From contig CAVPXM010000021.1 of NCBI GenBank assembly GCA_963709405.1, positions 250,561 to 314,560 of the forward strand: DNA of 64,000 nucleotides, written 5' to 3'. The stretch is from an uncultured Nitrososphaerales archaeon. Lineage in GTDB: Archaea; Thermoproteota; Nitrososphaeria; Nitrososphaerales; Nitrososphaeraceae. Below, one piece after another: positions 1-11,568 of the stretch. The notes under the pieces are model-generated. The model was not told where the DNA came from. It made no database searches and saw nothing but the letters and a program-made list of their open reading frames with translations. Numbering within the stretch: the first letter of the stretch is position 1; the number at the start of each line of letters is the position of its first letter. Both the position numbers and the translations under genes were made by a program.

Positions 1-1
1 T

Positions 2-337
2 CTCCAATACTGTCTTTAAGCTAAAAAAAATCAGCATTCCCTGTAGCACATAACCGCCGACGATTAGTATAACCGCATTTATTGGCTTTTCAAATGTCGT
101 CATAAGATGTACATGTGGTGGCGCAAGACTGTTACCTATAATTACCAGCAATCCCACTGGTATACATACATATATTGCTTTACCGAACCCTTTCCAAACT
201 AAAAAAGTTAGAGTGATAAACAATAGCTCCAGTGCAATAGATCCATAGATCAATTTGGGATTCCCAAATGGAATTGCAACCAAGCCTATCATTGAAATGC
301 ATAGGAGAGTAATGATTGTTGCCTGATGGTAATTCAT
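2..337 (-). CDS. Multi-pass membrane protein, runs off window start
   Basis: Manual translation MNYHQATIITLLCISMIGLVAIPFGNPKLIYGSIALELLF...; about four hydrophobic segments, no stop before window edge. Confidence 0.75.
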   Translation of the reverse strand, partial: MNYHQATIITLLCISMIGLVAIPFGNPKLIYGSIALELLFITLTFLVWKGFGKAIYVCIPVGLLVIIGNSLAPPHVHLMTTFEKPINAVILIVGGYVLQGMLIFFSLKTVLE

Positions 338-957
338 ATCGTAGGCTAAAATTAGTAAATCAAGAAATAAAACGTTTTCTTCTGATAACGCGGCGTTCAA
401 AAGTTCATTTTTAGTAAAAATAAAATAAAGGCTGTATTTGCATTTGCATTAAAAACTAAAAGATTGCAGACGGTAATCTTATCTAGCAAAAATTGCTTTA
501 AACTCAGACTATTTAATGAATAAGACTTGTGGGATTACTACCTTAAACTCCAATCCAAATCACCAATCAAATTAGTATTCAAGTAAACTTTGTATAATTG
601 TCCTAAGTCAAAGTGGATCATGCTTAGCTTGGAGTTGATTAGTAGGCCATTAGTAAAACAGAATGACATACCGTATACAAAAATTGTGGATGTAAAAAGT
701 ATACTTTATGCAAATATTCTTGCTTTGTTGCGTTATTTGTAGAGTAATTTTCTTATTTATATATCCGGAGATCCTATGTATCCTACTACTTTATATCTTA
801 GACTAAATGCATCAGAAACTTTCAGTATCTGAAAAATTCGGTATCTTAGCTTATCATTATCACTGTATTAGATTTTTCGCCTCTTGATTCAACTTGATCG
901 ATTTCTCTCTGGATTCGAGATGGCTAAACTTATTTATTACTCTCTATAATATCAAAC

Positions 958-1134
958 ATGCCAATAATTACTATTGCTTTATTTTCGGGTAGGACACAGA
1001 GGGAAAAAGATAGATTAGCTGAAGCAGTTACAAATGATGTAGTAAATGTCTTAAAAGTGGAAAGAAAAGATGTCATAATAGTATTTCAAGAGGAGCCCTC
1101 TGGAAATTGGTATGCTTCAGGGATTCGTGTTTAG
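958..1134 (+). CDS. 4-oxalocrotonate tautomerase family protein (58 aa)
   Basis: MPIITIALFSGRTQREKDRLAEAVTNDVVNVLKVERKDVIIVFQEEPSGNWYASGIRV; catalytic Pro-1 and GRT..K motif; below ORF-track cutoff. Confidence 0.9.
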   Translation: MPIITIALFSGRTQREKDRLAEAVTNDVVNVLKVERKDVIIVFQEEPSGNWYASGIRV

Positions 1135-1500
1135 AAAAAAAATAATGAGATATCGAAGAAAGTATTATGATATGACTTGTGGAAATAGCAAATTTAACTC
1201 GCGATATCAACGCTCTGAGAATGATATACCAGATCCACGAAAGTAATTAATGTGGAACTAAATAAGTAAAGGTTTCAAGTGCAATAATTGCGATTGAAAC
1301 TTAAGATCTACTAAAACAATTTCAAGGATCATAGATTACCTTCGAATAGGAATCTTACACTTATGTACTACGTGGGTTGAAAATTGCCAGAGGACTGGAC
1401 TTTTATTCAGTCAGATGCAATAAATTGACAATTCAGAATAAAGATGAGACGATAATTAGTATTCACTTGAACAAAGAAAAAGTTGGTTTGAGAATAACTT

Positions 1501-1644
1501 CTAGGTTAAAGCGTCCCTTACTTTTACCTTGGCTTTATTAAGCGTCTCAGAACTAGGCTTTCCTTCGGCGTGATCTTTTTCAGTTTGAAATTTTGCTTCT
1601 GCATCTTGCTCCACATTTTTTACCTTCTTTGCAATATCTGTCAT
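1501..1644 (-). CDS. Small hydrophilic protein (47 aa), LEA/CsbD-like composition
   Basis: MTDIAKKVKNVEQDAEAKFQTEKDHAEGKPSSETLNKAKVKVRDALT; K/E/A-rich helical pattern. Confidence 0.55.
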   Translation of the reverse strand: MTDIAKKVKNVEQDAEAKFQTEKDHAEGKPSSETLNKAKVKVRDALT

Positions 1645-2416
1645 ACTAACTACTCTATGGTATACATAGTTTAATACCATTTCATTAAACTAAATCTATC
1701 AATTCTCCAATGCGATATTTCTCATAAGGTTACAATCAACCAGGGATTGGCTATGATAATGAAGTAAATTTCTGGAAAAGGCGTTTATAACATGCAATTG
1801 TTGGTAGTAATAAATTAAAAAAGGAGTTTTATTGACAATATATAATTAGTGTGTTTGAATTCGATACGCCTATGATCTGTATTATTCTTGGAGCAATTAT
1901 ATTAGCATTGGTGTTTCATTTTAAAAAAGTGAAATGATCTCTGCAAAACAGTTTATGTGACAAAAATATAGGCAGAAACCATCAAACGTAGTAGGTACAT
2001 CGCCTCTATAGAATAGAAGTGATGTTACTACATATTAGTGATAACGTAGCGATTGCAGCAGTAGATGTTCTATCTAATATCTTGTCCCAAATACAGTAAT
2101 TTCAGGTCGTCAACTGAGCTGGCAATTGCTAAATTATTATTCTAGGTGTTCGAAAATGATAGTATTAGGGATGATTAATCATAGGTATTCGAAATTGCAC
2201 GGGATTATGACAAATAAATGGATTTATATGACGAAAAAGTGATTTAGATTTAGATTTTATTAACTTATCCATACCATAAGTATTAATTTTCCAATAAGTT
2301 CAAACCGCCCTTTAAAGATATTTCTGTCAGAAACGCACCACTACAACTTGGGGTAACCGAAAAAGCATATTGATTAAAGAAATCTATAACATGTGACACA
2401 TCGTATTCTCGTTGAT

Positions 2417-2554
2417 TTATCCACCACCTGCCCCCATTCCTCCACCCGTGGATTCGACCTCTTGCTCTTGCAACTCCTTGTCTAGTTTTGATCTTACTTT
2501 AGTGATTGGTTTAAGAATCTCTTTCGTAATATTTTTCTCCTCTTGATCTTCCAT
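2417..2554 (-). CDS. Small acidic protein with Gly-rich C-terminus (45 aa)
   Basis: MEDQEEKNITKEILKPITKVRSKLDKELQEQEVESTGGGMGAGGG; TATA-like sequence upstream. Confidence 0.55.
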   Translation of the reverse strand: MEDQEEKNITKEILKPITKVRSKLDKELQEQEVESTGGGMGAGGG

Positions 2555-2996
2555 GTTTATAATAGGATCACATTTTATATGAAGATCGTTTTTACTGAAT
2601 TTTATTATTCGTTGATAAAAACTGTAAGGGTTATACTATTTGCGGTAGTTTCTTGAGTTTTGTCTAACTCCGTACCATTGCGCATGTAGATAAACTCATA
2701 TAAAATAATTGGAAAATTCTTGTTGATCTAAAAGTAAACTTACAAACTCTAATTCCACTTCTAGAGACGATAGCCTATGCTCCGGCGGTGATAAATAAAT
2801 AATGAATAGTTCGTGATATTAGACATAACAAGTAAGGTATCCTAAGATCTGGATGCATTGATGTCGTTACCATAAAAGGAATTCAATTGGCAACTTTCAC
2901 AAAATGCAGCGATCGAATTTTAACTGTGACTATTAGCGACAACTGTACAAGCTAAAAATACTTTTATCGTATGTATTTTAATAGATCTAGTAGATC

Positions 2997-3287
2997 ATGC
3001 CTGACACAAAATCAAAAACAAGTTCTGGTAAACGAACAGGTAGCAAAGGCATAGATAAACGATTATCTCCTAGAACAAAAAAACAAATTGATTCATTACC
3101 TAAACACGCGCAGCACATTTATGAAAAAGTACACGCCAATGCTATAGAACAATATCAAAAACCTGAGAAGAGACGTGGAGGTGAAACACAAAGTGCAGAA
3201 GAGGTAGCTCACAAAGCAGCTTGGGTAGCAGTCAAAAAGAAGTATCTGAAAAATGGAAATAAATGGGTAAAGAAAGAAGCAACTTAA
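2997..3287 (+). CDS. chaB: ChaB family protein
   Basis: LPKHAQHIY...A...EEVAHKAAWVAVKKKY..NGNKWVK matches the ChaB signature. Confidence 0.85.
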   Translation: MPDTKSKTSSGKRTGSKGIDKRLSPRTKKQIDSLPKHAQHIYEKVHANAIEQYQKPEKRRGGETQSAEEVAHKAAWVAVKKKYLKNGNKWVKKEAT

Positions 3288-3862
3288 ATAGTCTTTTCTA
3301 AAATCGAAGCCTCAGAAATAAATAGTAATGATGTCCTAAGTATAAAGTCAGTTTGCTTCGGAGTCCACAAACAGGAGTGGGATAGTAGTTTTATACATAT
3401 CGCTCAGTCATCTACTAGATCTTTTAACTGCACAATAATAAAAATATACCAGCATTATAATAACAATAAAGTACCAATATTGTATAACAAACTTTCAAAC
3501 AAAATCTGTGTGAGGTATGGCTGAGGCACCAAGATTCTTTGTTGTCAAGTCCAAGGCATCTATTAGCAATCCTTTCTTAGGATCGTTATCTAAATGTAGG
3601 CAACATCTATAAAAACATACGAAATCCTCTACCAGGATGGCTGATAAAACGCTTGCAACTCCTAAAGATGCGGATTTCCTCCTTTCGCACATACCAAGTA
3701 TGTTAATACTAATGTCGGCAAAGAAAGAACTAGAACCAACCTAGAATAAATATTACTATTTGAGGAAATATGTGATAAGAAAAGTCCACCCATTGTATAA
3801 GTGGCCATGCGATGCGTACCGGATTTTACTGAGATTGGCACTCTTTCCCTGTACAGGATCGT

Positions 3863-4084
3863 TTAATAATAATATTCTAGAAAGCCATAGTTAATTGCAA
3901 AAATTATGACTAAACTGGACGCTACTAGAAAAGATATACGTGTCCACTTTAGCAAGTCTGAATCTGCAGCAGAATCTTTTTCTGTCCAGCTCTTTTCCCT
4001 CAGGCATTTTTGCATAAGTAGATATTTAATATCTAGCATTAAGGTCAGTTCCAACTTCTTCATACTCCACTTCGCTATTGTCAT
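3863..4084 (-). CDS. Small hypothetical protein with C-terminal TM helix
   Basis: ORF track; hydrophobic C-terminus. Confidence 0.35.
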   Translation of the reverse strand: MTIAKWSMKKLELTLMLDIKYLLMQKCLREKSWTEKDSAADSDLLKWTRISFLVASSLVIIFAINYGFLEYYY

Positions 4085-4197
4085 TCCGATATTAGATTGT
4101 CAGTACGGTATATTACCGTACTAAGCTCCCCTCCCTCTCTTATAAGAGCGTGGCTGGTTATTAACTTGTCAGACTCAATATAATTTTGAAGAGGTAA

Positions 4198-4629
4198 TTG
4201 AGGGTTGACAAAATGATTAGTAGTTTGTTGGAAGAAGGAAAACGAGTAATGATAGTAGATGATGATAATGACTGTATGTTCACGATCAAGATTGTTTTAG
4301 AGCGATATGGATTTAAAGTATATTCCTTTAATAATGCATATTCAGCACTAGAGTCTTATCGAGCTAGCTATTATGATCTTGTGATACTTGACGTAATATT
4401 GCCAGGGATGAACGGCTTTCAATTATATAGAGAAATTAAAAAAATGGATAAAAACGTAAAGGTATGTTTTCTTTCGGCTGGTCAAATTTTCTATGGCACA
4501 TATCAAGATATATTTTCTGAAATCGATGCAAGCTATTTCATTCGGAAACCCATAGAAAATCAGAAGTTGGTACGAAGAGTAGAAGAGATAATTCAGATGG
4601 ATTCTACCCAACTTGCACTCTCAGAATGA
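4198..4629 (+). CDS. Single-domain response regulator (receiver)
   Basis: IVDDD, DLVILDVILPGMNGF, FLSA and FIRKP motifs. Confidence 0.92.
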   Translation: MRVDKMISSLLEEGKRVMIVDDDNDCMFTIKIVLERYGFKVYSFNNAYSALESYRASYYDLVILDVILPGMNGFQLYREIKKMDKNVKVCFLSAGQIFYGTYQDIFSEIDASYFIRKPIENQKLVRRVEEIIQMDSTQLALSE

Positions 4630-4914
4630 TTCAATGTTCACATTTAAATGATCTGTGATCGGGACTGGGATATGATTAGAGTTTTCAAGCTATTTTCGAG
4701 TAGACTAAATTCTTAGATTTGTTTGTTTGATTTATTTTTAATTGCGTGTTACTTCTTCCAGTGATTATGCCCAATCATATAGGTACATTAAGACAAGATG
4801 CTATAAAATGAACCTCTTTCGAGCTCAGTACGACACATTTCTCTCTGATAAACCTGATCTTGCCATATCTGTTGTCGCAGATAAGGAGTTTGATAGTAAT
4901 TATATTAAGTGAAT

Positions 4915-5122
4915 GCCATCCAGCTAGTACCTTCCTATATCATACCACTAGACGTCCGATGGTATTATTTGGTTTTTCTGAGGGAGGTATCAACCTTATT
5001 CCATCCCATAAATCATCAATGATTCTCTTGACAGGTGAAAGGCATTTGACTCTATTGTAAGCCACACTTATGCGCAGGACAGTCTCAAGCTATATTTCTA
5101 TCTATTTTTGGGATGAGTTCTA
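4915..5122 (-). mobile_element. IS5-family 5' remnant (terminal IR plus decayed transposase N-terminus)
   Basis: End TAGAACTCATCCCAAAAATAGATAG; minus-strand translation DDLWDGIRLIPPSEKPNNTIGR..RKVL; homologous to 27795-28028 and 53578-53692. Confidence 0.75.
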
Positions 5123-5256
5123 ATAAGATACATGAAATCGCTGTTGTAATGTTCCCAGAATCGTTATCGGCCTCGACAATTCCAGCATACATCATCTTCC
5201 CCCTCTCCCCTATAGGTTTTCAGATTTAACTAGCAGTAGTACTCACTTCTATTACA

Positions 5257-6216
5257 TTGAATTTGTGGTATGATCTGAATAAAGCACCTGAATTTGAAAT
5301 GAAAGAAAGCAAGATGATTCTTCATCCATTTACTGTAAGAGAATATGAAGGGCTCACTATAAATCCATATCAAGGCTGCCAGCACAGATGTGGTTATTGC
5401 TATGCTACTTATCAATGGTCTCCTGAATTTTATGATAAAGTGTATGCAAAGAGTAATTCTCCGCAAATATTAGAGAAGCAGATAAGATCATGGAAATTCA
5501 AAAAACAAATACGTCCTGTAATAATATCTTCTGCAACAGACGCTTATCAAGCGGCAGAACTCAAGTTTGAACTGACAAGAAAATGTATTGAGGTTTTGCA
5601 GAATCATAATTTTCCTTACTATGTATTTACAAAGTCGACTATCATAAAAAGAGATCTGGAATTACATAAACAATATAAAGATAATTGCGTCATAGTGTGG
5701 TCTATAACAACATGTGATGAAAATATAAGAAGGCATATTGAACCAGGCACACCTCCTGCATCAGCAATGTTTGAAGTAATAAGTAAGTTTACTGATGCTG
5801 GGATACGCTGTTGTATAAACATCGATCCCATTATACCACTTATTACTGATTCTTCAGACGATATTGAATCTATAATTGACAATAGTCGAAAGGCCAATGT
5901 CAAGTACGTTTTTGGCGCAATCTTAAGATTAAGAAGAGACATATGGGAAAGAATGAAAACTATCCTTAAGTTACTTGACATAAAAAATGGAACTAAAGAG
6001 TACAACAGGATTTTCCAGTTTACCGAACCAATTATTTCCAGTCACAATATTGCAGCAAATTATTCATATACCAATTTGATACTTGGAAAGATAAGGAAAT
6101 TGGTATTAAAAGGAAATATGAATTTTGAGTTCCCTAAACTAATTGTGACAAGTAATATGGAAACAAGTAAGATGTCCAATAACGATGATCAACTTTCAAT
6201 GATAGACTATATGTAA
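5257..6216 (+). CDS. SPL-family radical SAM protein (spore photoproduct lyase-like DNA repair)
   Basis: INPYQGCQHRCGYCYA (CxxxCxxC), SSATDAYQ, TKS, WSITT and IEPG motifs. Confidence 0.88.
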   Translation: MNLWYDLNKAPEFEMKESKMILHPFTVREYEGLTINPYQGCQHRCGYCYATYQWSPEFYDKVYAKSNSPQILEKQIRSWKFKKQIRPVIISSATDAYQAAELKFELTRKCIEVLQNHNFPYYVFTKSTIIKRDLELHKQYKDNCVIVWSITTCDENIRRHIEPGTPPASAMFEVISKFTDAGIRCCINIDPIIPLITDSSDDIESIIDNSRKANVKYVFGAILRLRRDIWERMKTILKLLDIKNGTKEYNRIFQFTEPIISSHNIAANYSYTNLILGKIRKLVLKGNMNFEFPKLIVTSNMETSKMSNNDDQLSMIDYM

Positions 6217-6409
6217 AAGTTTTTCAAAGGATTTAAAATGATAAGTTCGATTTTCCTTGTTGTAAGAATATAGTATTCTTAACGAATTCATTTTTTATTC
6301 TTTGTATAAAACCTGATTCTATAACAAATGGAAAATAGAGTTGTTATGTTCTATAAGGTGGGATGTTTTATAAATAGATAGCAAGTAAAGACGCACAATT
6401 GAATTCGGG

Positions 6410-6722
6410 TTGAGATCGTAACAAGTAGAAAAGTAATGAGTTCAGTTCTGGGAGGTTTGGCTATTTAAGGAAGGCTTGTCATCATAAGTCCTTCTCAAGA
6501 AATCATTGAAGTACCCCCAAACCTATTCATAGCAGGACATAGATCGATCGTTGGTTGGCCCAGTGGCACGTCAATTGATTCACAAGATACATTGTCATTC
6601 AATGTACTTTCTCGAGTAAGGTCAATGAACCAGGTCCTCCTCTTGAGCATGCCGCAGAAGTATATGAGGTAATGATGAGTGGTAAAGCTCGATTTCGAGC
6701 TATACTTACAACTGGTCATTAG
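6410..6722 (+). pseudogene. C-terminal fragment of a Zn-dependent alcohol dehydrogenase
   Basis: RSIVGWPSGTSIDSQDTLSF and MMSGKARFRAILTTGH; paralogous to 29162-29446; internal stop and frameshift. Confidence 0.75.
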
Positions 6723-7580
6723 GGTTACCAAGAATGCGATTTTCTTACATCACTTGACGGCGACAGCTGATGAAGCACGTTAAGTATTAATACATGAGAG
6801 GCTTGAATAGTCGGTGAATAACTGCGTTTTATGCTAGCTGGAATACCATGGGAATATTTAATCCCAATCTAACCTTCTGGACGATCTTTAGGTCATACGT
6901 AATATTCATGCACTCAGCTGCTGGTCGTTAAGATGAACAGTAGAAAAACTCCTGTCATGAACATCTGGTAGTGAGGTATTGACTACCTTCTTATATGTTA
7001 CACTCACACTTCACTCGCATTACACTCACATTAACCTCATTTACTTCCAAGGCTCTTATTTGTAATTACATGCCTACTAAATTATTTCCTAAGGCAATAT
7101 ACTCTTAATTCTAAATCCATAATTACTTTTCCATCCAGAGTCTTTTGTATTATTTTATCATGAAGTCCATGATAAATAATATCTTGATTACAGATTGCAA
7201 CCTTGTACAGAATGCAATTTCCGACTTATCAGAGAAAAAGTTTCGTTACCTGCCTTGCGAATAGAAGATGCAAAACACACTTCATTTGAAAGAGTTTGGC
7301 ATTTTCAACGATTTTTCTAAACTACCTGAAGTTTTTTTTCCCTAATCCTTCTTTGATTATCCCTCGGTATATCGTCAGCGACAAATTTAATTATTTTTTT
7401 TAGCTGCTCATGCCTTCTATTTCTTCAATTTTCTTAATGGTGAGGGATAAGATTAATCATACATTCTTGGAACACTGTATCTTCATTTGGGTCAGGATTT
7501 TATGGATAACTTCATTCAATCATGCAGGTTTCGTGAAAGTTGTATCCGGGTATTTTATAGAAATTGAATCATGTTCTAAG

Positions 7581-7886
7581 CTAGCTCCAAGACCAGAAAG
7601 GCATCCCTCGTATACTACATTGTTTTCTAATGATAGCTCTGGCTTTTTCGGCTGCTTCTGCCTCATCTCGCGAACTCTTGATATATTGAATTAGTAATTC
7701 TTCATACAATTTTTTTGCACGCTCCTCAGTAAATTCTTTATATTTTTTTATTCCATGTGTTTTATCATCATCTCTATGATTAATAAAATCTGAAGTATCA
7801 GAGAGACCCTTCATTTCATTGTACTCCTTTTTACATTCATCACACTCATCATCAAAAAAGTCCGAATGGATAGTACACTTTGTCAT
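7581..7886 (-). CDS. Hypothetical protein with N-terminal Cys/His cluster
   Basis: CTIH...CDEC motif; 101 aa ORF. Confidence 0.65.
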   Translation of the reverse strand: MTKCTIHSDFFDDECDECKKEYNEMKGLSDTSDFINHRDDDKTHGIKKYKEFTEERAKKLYEELLIQYIKSSRDEAEAAEKARAIIRKQCSIRGMPFWSWS

Positions 7887-8005
7887 TGTATAGCATGATG
7901 AAAATTGATTCTTTGTATAAATTTGATTGGAAAATAATCTTATGTTGTAGTTTAACTATTTTTGGCTTTACGTAAGAGGTAAAGTTAACTTGACATTTTA
8001 CTAGT

Positions 8006-9049
8006 TGTTGTACTTCCTAACATAGGTGACATTATAGCTTACCGACATGGGTTACACTTCTGCTGTCAGGAAGTGTATCCATATAGAAATCAAAACAAGG
8101 TTTAATCTAATACATGAGAAAGAATGGACTGGTGATACCATAAGCATTATTTGTAAAAGATATGGTGTCTCCAGGAAGACGTATTACAAATGGAATAAGA
8201 GATATGAACAGAAAGGAACAGAAGGTCTATCCGATAACTCAAGAAGACCTCATAATATCAAGTACAAGAAGATAACATCTGAAACACAGGAGACAATACT
8301 TGATCTACGATTAACCAAGAGATTTGGATGTAAAAGGATCAAGTTTAGATTGAGAAAGATTATTGGAATCTCATAAGCACTCGAACCATATACAAGATAC
8401 TAAAGAGACATGGTCTAAATGTTCTAAACTGTAAGACAAGGAATAATCAAAAATACAAAAGGTTTGCAATGAAACGACCTAACGATATGGTACAGATGGA
8501 TATTCTTGGACCGTTTTATATTCGTAATTCTAGTCAAAGGAATTATTACATCATTAGCTGTCTGGACGATTGTTCAAGAATAGTAGCTAGCAGATGGTCT
8601 GAAAGGAAGAGGTCAGTAGATGTTCTTAACGTACTGGAAGAATGGATAATCCTTAATGGTAAGCCTAAGAAGATAATGCATGACAATGGAAAGCAGTTTA
8701 CATCCAAAATATTCAGACATTTCCTCGTACAATCAGATAAAGGATAAGCAAATACCAAATTCTTATCCACAGTTAAAAGGGAAGATAGAAGCATATAACA
8801 AGATAGTAAAGAATGAGTTCCTAGCAGTTGAGGATATACCAAACACAGATGATGGTAAAATAAGATATGATAGTATGTTTGTTAAAGCATATAACGAAAC
8901 CAGAGAACATGGAGGAATAAATGGTCTTACTCCATCAGAGATGTTTCTACAAAGAATTAATTACATCCACCATACAGTACAAGAACAAAGCAGCAAAGTG
9001 TAACCCATGTAGGTAATCGAAAATGTAACCTATCTGTGTAAGTACGACA
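8006..9049 (+). mobile_element. IS481-family insertion sequence (transposase frameshifted)
   Basis: TIRs TGTTGTACTTCCTAACATAGGTGACA / TGTCGTACTTACACAGATAGGTTACA; 6-bp TSD ACTAGT at 8000-8005 and 9050-9055; HTH plus rve DDE (QMD, DDCSR, HDNGKQF, GKIE) split across ORFs 8047, 8469 and 8680. Confidence 0.92.
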
Positions 9050-9070
9050 ACTAGTCAACATAAATATCAT

Positions 9071-9213
9071 CATAATCGGTGTAGACCTGCTGAATTACAG
9101 AATTGGCAATTTCCAAATAGATTATAGTTCATTTCCCATGACTCCTTACCAAATATCTGTAAATGAGTATTGATCTCATCAGGAATTAATTGTGACGATC
9201 TATTCTTATCAAT
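9071..9213 (-). pseudogene. Degenerate paralog of the Cys-rich microprotein at 33323-33493
   Basis: SSQLIPDEINTHLQIFGKESWEMNYNLFGNCQFCNS; ATT at the position of the paralog's ATG; C-terminal CxC motif lost. Confidence 0.65.
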
Positions 9214-9364
9214 TATATTAAAATAAAATAAATTCGTTACATCATATTTAAATTCGATCTTTGTCGATTTAGAATATACATAGAATATACACTACAACAT
9301 TATTCTATCTACAATAAGAGCATGATCATCTGAAAAGGCTCATACTAGGTCCATTCACTTACTA

Positions 9365-9895
9365 TTATTGCCATTCTAAATTTCTAATCATATCGATTAA
9401 TGTATTATGGCTACATTCCACTTCTGTAGTTATGTATAGAAGCTGGTTATCACCTAATGGCATTGTTATTCGTTTAACCTTTTCGTATTCCGCCAAGACA
9501 TACTTTCCCTTTCCAATCTTCGATGCAAGTTCACTCCGTATCTTCCAACTCTTTACAGCTAGTTCAAGTGAATTTCTGCTTTCCTCGGGAGTGAGCATAT
9601 TCTTTGTTCCTTGTCTATGACCAGAATACATTATTTCGCCATTAAGATCGCATATTGTAACCAATCTAACCGCTGGATCACTCATTACTCTTTCATATAG
9701 GTGTTTATAATTAAGGTAAGTATAATGGATAGTCCTTTTCTGATGGCTCCTGACTTTACACTCCTCTGAACAAAAGAAATTTCCGCAGCATGAACATTCT
9801 ATCGCATAATCTTGAGATTTCTTGCCACACATAACACATGTTGCGCTCATATCCATGTAACTAATATAAGAATGAGTATGATAAAAACTTGACAC
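9365..9895 (-). CDS. Zinc-finger plus roadblock/LC7-like domain protein
   Basis: CVMC...CSCCGNFFCSEEC; C-terminal GKGKYVLAEYEKVKRITMPL motif typical of thaumarchaeal roadblock-like proteins. Confidence 0.7.
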   Translation of the reverse strand: MSSFYHTHSYISYMDMSATCVMCGKKSQDYAIECSCCGNFFCSEECKVRSHQKRTIHYTYLNYKHLYERVMSDPAVRLVTICDLNGEIMYSGHRQGTKNMLTPEESRNSLELAVKSWKIRSELASKIGKGKYVLAEYEKVKRITMPLGDNQLLYITTEVECSHNTLIDMIRNLEWQ

Positions 9896-10660
9896 GATTT
9901 TCTAGCGTTTTACATTAACCACATCATACTGATTTGATACGACTTTCATCTAAAAGCAAGAATGTTGAAGGTGGTCCTAATTATGAAGACTTGATTGAAC
10001 ATGCTAATACCTCAGGAAATCTCATAATAAGAATGTGTGAAATCCTTTGCGAAATTGTAGAAGAGAATTGATAAATGATGATTATGGCTCAGAATTTTGT
10101 TAGGCAAGAAATTTGACTCAACCATTATAACAAAATAAGTTGGTTGTGAATATCCCCTTATACAACAACCTTTTAGGAAGGGTTACCAGATGATGGTTTA
10201 CAGAGAAAAATCTACCTAGCAACAGAAAGTCTTCCCACATTGTTTTGCAGATTAGTATAAGTGATGGAAGTTTATCAAAGCTTAATTATTCCTCAAACAT
10301 ACCTGTCTTTAACCCAATCTATTCATCATAATCCAAAATGTTGCCTTGGTCTGGCTTAATAATATTAAGTTCGTGGTATAGTCCTGGACCAAGGCTTCAA
10401 GTTTTCTTGCGAAATTACCAGTTAAGACGAATTTTGTAATATTATGATATCATGTTTAGACGTCGTATTGATATCAACGGCAAGACTCATTCGTGACTAT
10501 ACGAATTAAATCCTTGACACTTGCTACGCCTTTAGGTTTAGATAGGGAGTTAGATCATAGCTTAGGTACCGTTTGTCGATGATTAGCAGGGTATTGAAAA
10601 TTGTGTTACGAAAATACGTAAAAATATCTAAAAAAGTAAATGGAGATTATAGTGCTACAG

Positions 10661-10954
10661 TTATGGGTTTGGTGGTATAGGTATTGGCTGTGTCACGGAA
10701 TTTGAAGGACTTGTTGCGTTTGTCGCTGGCGATGGTGTCGCTGGAATACCACATATCTTTGATTCGGTTGAATTGACAAATTTTAGGCGCGGATTACTTG
10801 GATTACAAAACGCCCTTTTCTCTTCTGCACTCATTTGCTGGGCTTGACTTATGCTAACTGTCTCAATTTGTGCTATTATTACTGTTATCGTAACAGCCAC
10901 AGCAAGCTTTATCACCGTGGATCGAGTTATCGTTTTATTCATCAAGCTGTACAT
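10661..10954 (-). CDS. Small secreted protein
   Basis: Signal peptide, Cys pair, Pro/Thr-rich tail. Confidence 0.7.
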   Translation of the reverse strand: MYSLMNKTITRSTVIKLAVAVTITVIIAQIETVSISQAQQMSAEEKRAFCNPSNPRLKFVNSTESKICGIPATPSPATNATSPSNSVTQPIPIPPNP

Positions 10955-11568
10955 TGAGAATATCGAATATTTAAGTATCTCTTATCCAAATTAATTTAGT
11001 CAGATACAATCCACATGTTAAGCAAACCTTTATTAGATTTTCCCTCTTATTTCCTCAGCCCATCGACATATAATTATTATTAATAAGTACTTTCTTTGCA
11101 AATTTTGTAGATAGTCCACGTATGTCGATTTCCTCTGAGTCGAAGATTTCACGCTTCGATTATTCTCGAATCTTAAGAGTACTATAATACAGTATGGAAA
11201 ATATTTGTCAGAGTCGGTCGTACAACGAAACGGTTTCTGCCTCTAATTCAAAAAGATTAAAAGCCCGCAAAAAAGTGACTTGGTTGAAAATGATAATTGG
11301 ATTAAATCATCAACACAAAACTTAATGATGGAAATTAAAATACAATTAATGTTTTACAATACCTGATTCACAAAAGCCAAACCTGACGAGAATGAAATGA
11401 CTACTCCAAGCAACGAAAGATATAACAGTAAGAGCGATGGGAAAGGCCTTGTTAAAAACAAAAGACTATGTATTATTTCAAACTATGATAATCACGGAAA
11501 TGCCTTTGAATAGTGCAAGAAATGAAAATGGCCTTAATTTATATAACTGGGATCCAAAGAATTGAATC

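Noticed and set aside
4860-5060. ORFs 4860-5060 and 27776-28117 as a paralogous protein family
   Set aside because: They are antisense readings of IS5 transposase remnants
7148-7181. Inverted repeat TTATCATG-AAGTC-CATGATAA (also an imperfect one at 12350-12391)
   Set aside because: AT-rich, single copy and no supportable function
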